Below are positions 58,593 through 64,000 of a stretch of DNA of 64,000 nucleotides, piece by piece. Source of the DNA: Catajapyx aquilonaris (lineage: Eukaryota); assembly GCA_000934665.2 (NCBI GenBank), contig KZ538460.1:1-64000 (forward strand), given 5' to 3'. Numbering within the stretch: position 1 is the stretch's first letter; every line of letters starts with the position of its first letter. The translations under genes and the position numbers were made by a program. A model generated the notes under the pieces. That model had not been told where the DNA came from and searched no databases. It was given only the letters and a program-made list of their open reading frames with translations.

Positions 58593-58881
58593 CCCTGGAA
58601 CCGTGCCGTAGGGTCTTTTAGGACCCCAAGGAATTAAAATGCATTAAAATGACAATTACAATGAACTTTTGCCATTTTTTTTACAGTATATAACAGGAAG
58701 TGCAGGTTTATTTTGAATTAGCGATCATTTTAGGCATTGTTCAAAGAATGATTGTACATATAGTCAATACATTGAAAAGTATTATACACAATTTAATAAA
58801 AATTAAAATATGTTGGGGTCCGAAAAGACCCCACGGCACGGTTATTGCCGTAATACTCGTAGGCACGGCACGGTTCCAGGG
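58593..58881. mobile_element. piggyBac-like MITE (family copy 2)
   Basis: TTAA TSD; CCCTGGAACCGTGCCGT TIR. Confidence 0.88.
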
Positions 58882-60237
58882 TTAACACTACCCATGTAGT
58901 GCAATGGTACATGCTAAGTTAGCAGTAACGGCTGCAGTAACTATAGTAATATGACGAAAATTCCACTCATAGTCCACTGGAAAGCAGCAAAAAATATACC
59001 TATTCGTAAAAAATGACTTCAAAATTCTTTTACTATCGTCAAGAGCTATCGTTAAAGGTGCACAACCGCAAATCAACAGTCAAGTGTACTGTATTTGTCA
59101 GGGAATTTTTCTGGTTACAGAAAAAAAGGTGCAATAATAATACATGTGTATGCAAGAAATATATTCATGAGATGCTTGAATGCAATTCGGTAATATTGTG
59201 TCTATTTCCACTTTCAAGACATACGTATGGCATAAATTAACGAGCAATTTGGTTTTACACATTTGCAAGCTAATTTAAATGGAAATAAGGACCATACTGG
59301 TAAAGAAAGGGAAGCCTATGTGGAGGAATATTTTAGAAAAGGACTAATTGCTTATTATTGACAAATCTTGAGGCTGGCTCATTTTCATTCATAACAATTT
59401 GTATCAAGCCAATAGCAATTCTGTGGTTTTTGCAAAATATGTCAATAATATCTCTGATCTTTAGGAATCTCATCTTCAGAGCTTCATCTTGTAATCATTA
59501 ACCCTGTGCATTACAGTATGTTTTTGTTATGTGAATTTTTAATACTGTACTGCACCTATAATGTCATTATTTTACTTAATTTTGCTCTAGTGTCTCTTTG
59601 TAATAATTATTCAGTATTGTACAAGTATGTATACTCCACTTCAACTTAATTTCCTGATCCTTCTAATCTTCCTTCTCTCTTTGATCCTTCTTCCCTCCCT
59701 GCAGGGTGAGGTTCTAGCCTGCAAAAAATGGGTTGATCCAGCGCTGATCATGGATACTAGTGTTTCAAAATGGACCATTTACAATAATGCTATAATCTCT
59801 ATTTTAAGACAAGTGCACCAGTATCCCGCACTGTCCATGTATTCACCAACCAAGACTGGAAAGCTAAAAAAAACAAGGAAGCGCGGCAATCTGGCAACAT
59901 TTCCCATCCCTATGGGGCTGCCTCACGGAATGGTGTTACCATTCGTGACGTACTTCGGGAAAGAGAAGCATTTGAAAAAGTGAGGTCTGATATTTGCAGC
60001 GAAGCGGTTCCTTTTGTAGCATATTCGTTAAGAGATAAGTATAAAATAAAACCTTGCATATAACAAAATGGAAGAGTTTGTTTCGGTTTGAGGAAAAAGA
60101 AGTACCGGTAAATGTTTTAAAATTTTCAAATTTGATGTCATTTTGGGTATCTCTTATGTAAAGGAAGTATTAGCTGGGTTGGCGATTACTGGAACCAAAA
60201 AACGTTGATGTTCCAATAATCTCAGAAAACATAATAA

Positions 60238-60581
60238 TAATAATTGGTTGGGTAATGCTTTCACCCATCAGGGTTTATCGCATGGACCTTTATTATTAGC
60301 TGTTGGTGTATACATAGTACATGGTGCCTATTTAGTGTATCGCCCGGGCCCACGGGCAGGATGACAGGAGGTGATGTGCAAGGTGCAGTGCGTCTGACGC
60401 TGTGGTCATTTTTAGTGAACTCCCCCGGGTGGTTTAGTCTATAGGAAATACCACCCGAGACGAAGCCAGAGGTGACCCTGAATTCTGCACGAGATGAAGG
60501 GGGTGTTCCCGGGCTAGGATCGAACCCGGGACCTTAACATCCGTGGGCGCATACGTTACAGCAGCGCCACTCCGTCTCCCC
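60238..60581 (-). mobile_element. tRNA-derived SINE, family A
   Basis: A/B boxes, (TTA)n tail, TSD cagaaaacataataat. Confidence 0.9.
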
Positions 60582-60889
60582 CAGAAAACATAATAATTGA
60601 CACCTACACGTACCAGTACTGCATATAAAGAATGGTACGACTCTATGAACGAAATGTTGATTTTGTTCCCAACCCCTTGATCGCCAGCATGTTTTTAATG
60701 GTTGTGGGGAAGGCTGGAAAAAGAGAATTTTTTTAAAAAAAGAAAAAATAGGAGAAAAAAGCAAGGCAAAGTAGGAAAGCTTTCAAGGGGAAATTCATCT
60801 CAAATCTACGTAAGAATTGTAGTACCTGGTTGAACATTTTGGTAATAAAAATCTGGATGCGAGGGAGGGGTGAGGAATTTACTCACATT

Positions 60890-61170
60890 TCAATTTGCAT
60901 CTCAATTTTCTCGTGTTGGGGGCAAGGGAAAAAAGAGTATTTTCCAACCTGAAGCTGCATGATGTGGTCATAGGTGAACATTTCAAATTATATACTTACA
61001 GATTAACTGCTGCTCTTATATTAACCTGATTATAAATTAACTATCTCTTTATGTATTGCAGAAGCTGTGTAGAGAAACAAAAAAAAAACAGAAACCACTG
61101 AAAAAGATATCGAAGCAGCCATCAGCGATTGGCTAGCTCATACTAAACAAAAGATTCCAAAGTGGAGTTA
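60890..61170 (+). pseudogene. Two-exon remnant of a DUF4806-like C-terminus, probably transposon cargo
   Basis: QFSRVGGKGKK/VFSNLKLHDVVI | EAV*RNK..TEKDIEAAISDWL, with a phase-1 gt..ag intron, a frameshift and a stop. Confidence 0.55.
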
Positions 61171-62382
61171 AAATGTCTGTGCTGATCATGTTTGCAAAGA
61201 GGTTCAATTAAAATAAGTATATATTTATTCAGAATATGTATATTATACGGTACGTATATGCCTATGTATTTTTTTCAACAGCTGAATGAAGAACAAAAAA
61301 AAAACTTTCTCAGTATATCCTCATATAATATCCTATAATATCCTGCCATGTCCTGTTCATGTACCCTAAATGATGTCAGGAGGATGCCCTAAGGACATAG
61401 AAGTACAAAAACGTGACATCGTAGGGATATTGGATTTCGATATACTTTATGTCGTCAGGATGTATCTGGGATATACCAGGGTTAGCTGGGATCGTCTGAT
61501 CGAGCTGAAATTTGAACCTGTTATGCCTAATGGCATTTAAAGAGAATAATTATTTGACGAAGAGAATAATATAATTTGACGAATTTACGAGTTTCATGGA
61601 AAAAATTAACAATATTTCTGTTTATTTTTCCATAATATGTCAAAATAAAACTTGACAAGCAAATCCCACATAATTATTCTTTGTATATGAGGCAGGGAGG
61701 GAGGATGATAACTGCTTCCAAGTCGATAGGAGACTCTGTTGTCAATCACAGTGTGATGATAATGAAGTTAAGCAAGTCTTGCTAGAGTACTCTAGCAAGA
61801 CTTGCTCCTTAATTGAGAACAATGAGTAGACTTATGCAGAATAGGGGGTGGTAATATGTAAATGGGTGCAATTATAATGATTGCTTCTGATAACATTGTT
61901 CTTGGATGAATGCACAAAAGGGCAAGAATTATGCTATAAGGGAGATAATTGGATGTCACAAGATGATCTGGTTGGCAGCAGAGCTGTGTCTCCAAGCTTT
62001 GGCCCAGGATGAGAGGAGTGGGAGAGGAATAGGGAATTAAAACGTACATTATAATTATAGTAGTGGAGCACATAATCACTCCAATCTTATGATGTTTGTT
62101 CTTGTCTCAACTACACTCCTGTTACTTATTTTCAGAATAAAATGGCATGAAATTATAAGTGAATTATACTATGCATAATGACTAAAAATATAAAGGAAGT
62201 TTTAGTGTCTTGGCATATACAGTTGTTGCATTGATTCTGGCCACCTGTGTAGTTAAAACTACACTGTATTATATTAGTAAATCCACTAGTCTAAGGCCAT
62301 TTTTAAAATTAGTTGAATGCTCTTGGGTGGTCCAATTGTAAGTGGCTGTCTCTCATAAGTCGGTACAAAAAAAAGACACATA

Positions 62383-63118
62383 CAGGGTGGGGCAAAAGTC
62401 ATGGGCGGATTAAAACGACACAGCATGGCGTAAGTAACGAACAATTATATATATTTTTAATTACACTACACGGAGAAAGATATGCCATTTATGGATCAAG
62501 GTCCAAAAAAGTCACTTCTTGAAAACAACACCGGATAGATGTCCTCCTTTGTGGGCAACACATATTCCTCCAAGCGCCGGACAAAACCCTTCATAACGCG
62601 CTCCAGCATGTCCAGGGGAATGTTTCTTACGGCGTGTCTTATCTGATCCTTAAGATCAGCCAATGACTGAGGACCTGTGGCGAACACCAAACAAATTAAA
62701 AGTCAAGTGTTTCCCGGGCAGGTCATTTTGAGATTTGGGGACATTCCATGGCCTCCGCGGTCGCCGGATCTGACCACCCCCAACTTCTTCTTGTGGGGGT
62801 GTACCTGAAGAGTTTGGTGGCTGCCACAAGTCCTCGGTCATTGGCTGATCTTAAGGATCAGGTAAGACCGCCGCGAGAAACATTCCCCTGGACATGCTGG
62901 AGCGCGTTATGAAGGGTTTCATCCGGAGCTTGGAGGAATGTGTTGCCCACAATGGAGGACATCTATCCGGTGTTGTTTTCAAGAAGTGACTTTTTTGGAC
63001 CTTGATCCATAAATGGCATATCTTTCTCCGTGTAGTGTAATTTTTTTGAAATATAATTGTGCGTTACTTACGCCATGCTGCGTCGTTTTAATCCCCCCAT
63101 GACTTTTGCCCTACCCTG
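62383..63118. mobile_element. Tc1/mariner-derived fold-back with about 300-bp near-identical arms
   Basis: TA|cagggtggggcaaaagtcatgg..ccatgacttttgccctaccctg|TA; WPPRSPDLTTPNFFLWG in the loop; both arms encode the transposase C-terminus. Confidence 0.9.
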
Positions 63119-63159
63119 TACAACAAGACACTCCACGAAGTGCTCTTTTACTGTGAGGA

Positions 63160-63419
63160 ATAATTGAATCAGTTGTTTCGAAAATGACTTAAGTCCACAC
63201 TGCCGTATACCATATTGATTTACAATTTATTTTTGTGCCACAAATACAGTGACCTTACAGGTCAGCAGTTAGGCACATATTATGGATAGCATCCTCCTGG
63301 AGCCGAATGCACTATCTGCTGACCTGTAAGGGCCCTGTATTTGTGGCAAAATAATTGTAAATCAATATGGTGTGGCCATCTGGACTTAAGTCCTTTTCGA
63401 AACAACTGATTCAATTATT
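63160..63419. repeat. Long hairpin / MITE
   Basis: aataattgaatcagttgtttcgaaaa..ccttacaggtcagcag is inverted at about 63315-63419. Confidence 0.85.
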
Positions 63420-63489
63420 GTGTTAAGGTGCAAAATAGGATACTCTGTGAATTTTTAGGCTTAAGTGACATGTTGCATACTGTATACCA

Positions 63490-64000
63490 TATCTATATCT
63501 ATATCGTCTACATCTACATATCTATAAATGAAGATATGTTTGTCCCTTATACTGTATAAATCCAGGGGAAGGCCCCTACACCGCCTTATACTAGCATATT
63601 GGGGGTTACTTTTTGCGAGGAATTTAATGAATCATGTTTCAGCTTCCAAAAATGAGCCTATAACACCCTATACCTCCTCTCCTTGCGCCATTATCCGACA
63701 ACAATGTGAAAAGGCACTGTTAGGTTACATCCAACAAGCACATTCATCGCTGCATTGTCTCATGATGGGGTGGCAAGAGATGACCAGGTCATACCTAGCC
63801 ATCTCAATCGACCGATACATGAGAATCCTCAGGTGACAGGTCAGGTGTCCCAATGCATCCTGTTATTTCCTGAAGTGGCAAAACAGCTCACAAAAATATT
63901 ACCAGTGAAAAGGTTCTGAAAGTTACATTGGTGGAAAATCGCACGCATTGGTTCGTTACCTTTTTTGGTTCGTTACCACGTGTTTTGTTGCGCTACGATG
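63490..64000 (+). mobile_element. Possible 5' end of a Helitron-like element running off the window
   Basis: Repeated atctat units followed by ataaatgaagatatgtttgtcc. Confidence 0.4.

Noticed and set aside
59627..59983. 118-aa ORF with a hydrophobic N-terminus
   Set aside because: The hydrophobic stretch derives from a short tgatccttct repeat; no family similarity recognised.
1..64000. CRISPR array, prokaryotic operon or U12-type introns
   Set aside because: No regularly spaced direct repeats, the sequence is an intron-rich eukaryotic gene, and all traced donors are ordinary GT sites without the RTATCCTT consensus.

Overview
Eukaryotic genomic DNA, most likely from an arthropod; the taxon is inferred from the protein and repeat content and is not established. 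The window is dominated by one complete minus-strand gene for the large deubiquitinase USP34 (Drosophila ortholog puffyeye). I traced it by hand as 43 GT-AG coding exons from ATG 57724 to TGA 3819. All splice phases are consistent, giving 10482 nt (about 3493 aa) with intact Cys and His boxes. The large introns and flanks are packed with transposon relics: mariner/Tc1/pogo, a Helitron with both ends, Kolobok-like elements (one with a THAP remnant), piggyBac-like, hAT and PIF-like MITEs, many fold-back palindromes, and tRNA-derived SINEs with target-site duplications. No rRNA, genuine tRNA or CRISPR array was seen. The most novel-looking signal is a group of SINEs whose body and 3' tail keep the same RNA stem-loops while the stem sequences change completely. 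Exon and TSD coordinates were counted by hand; the edges of decayed elements are approximate.
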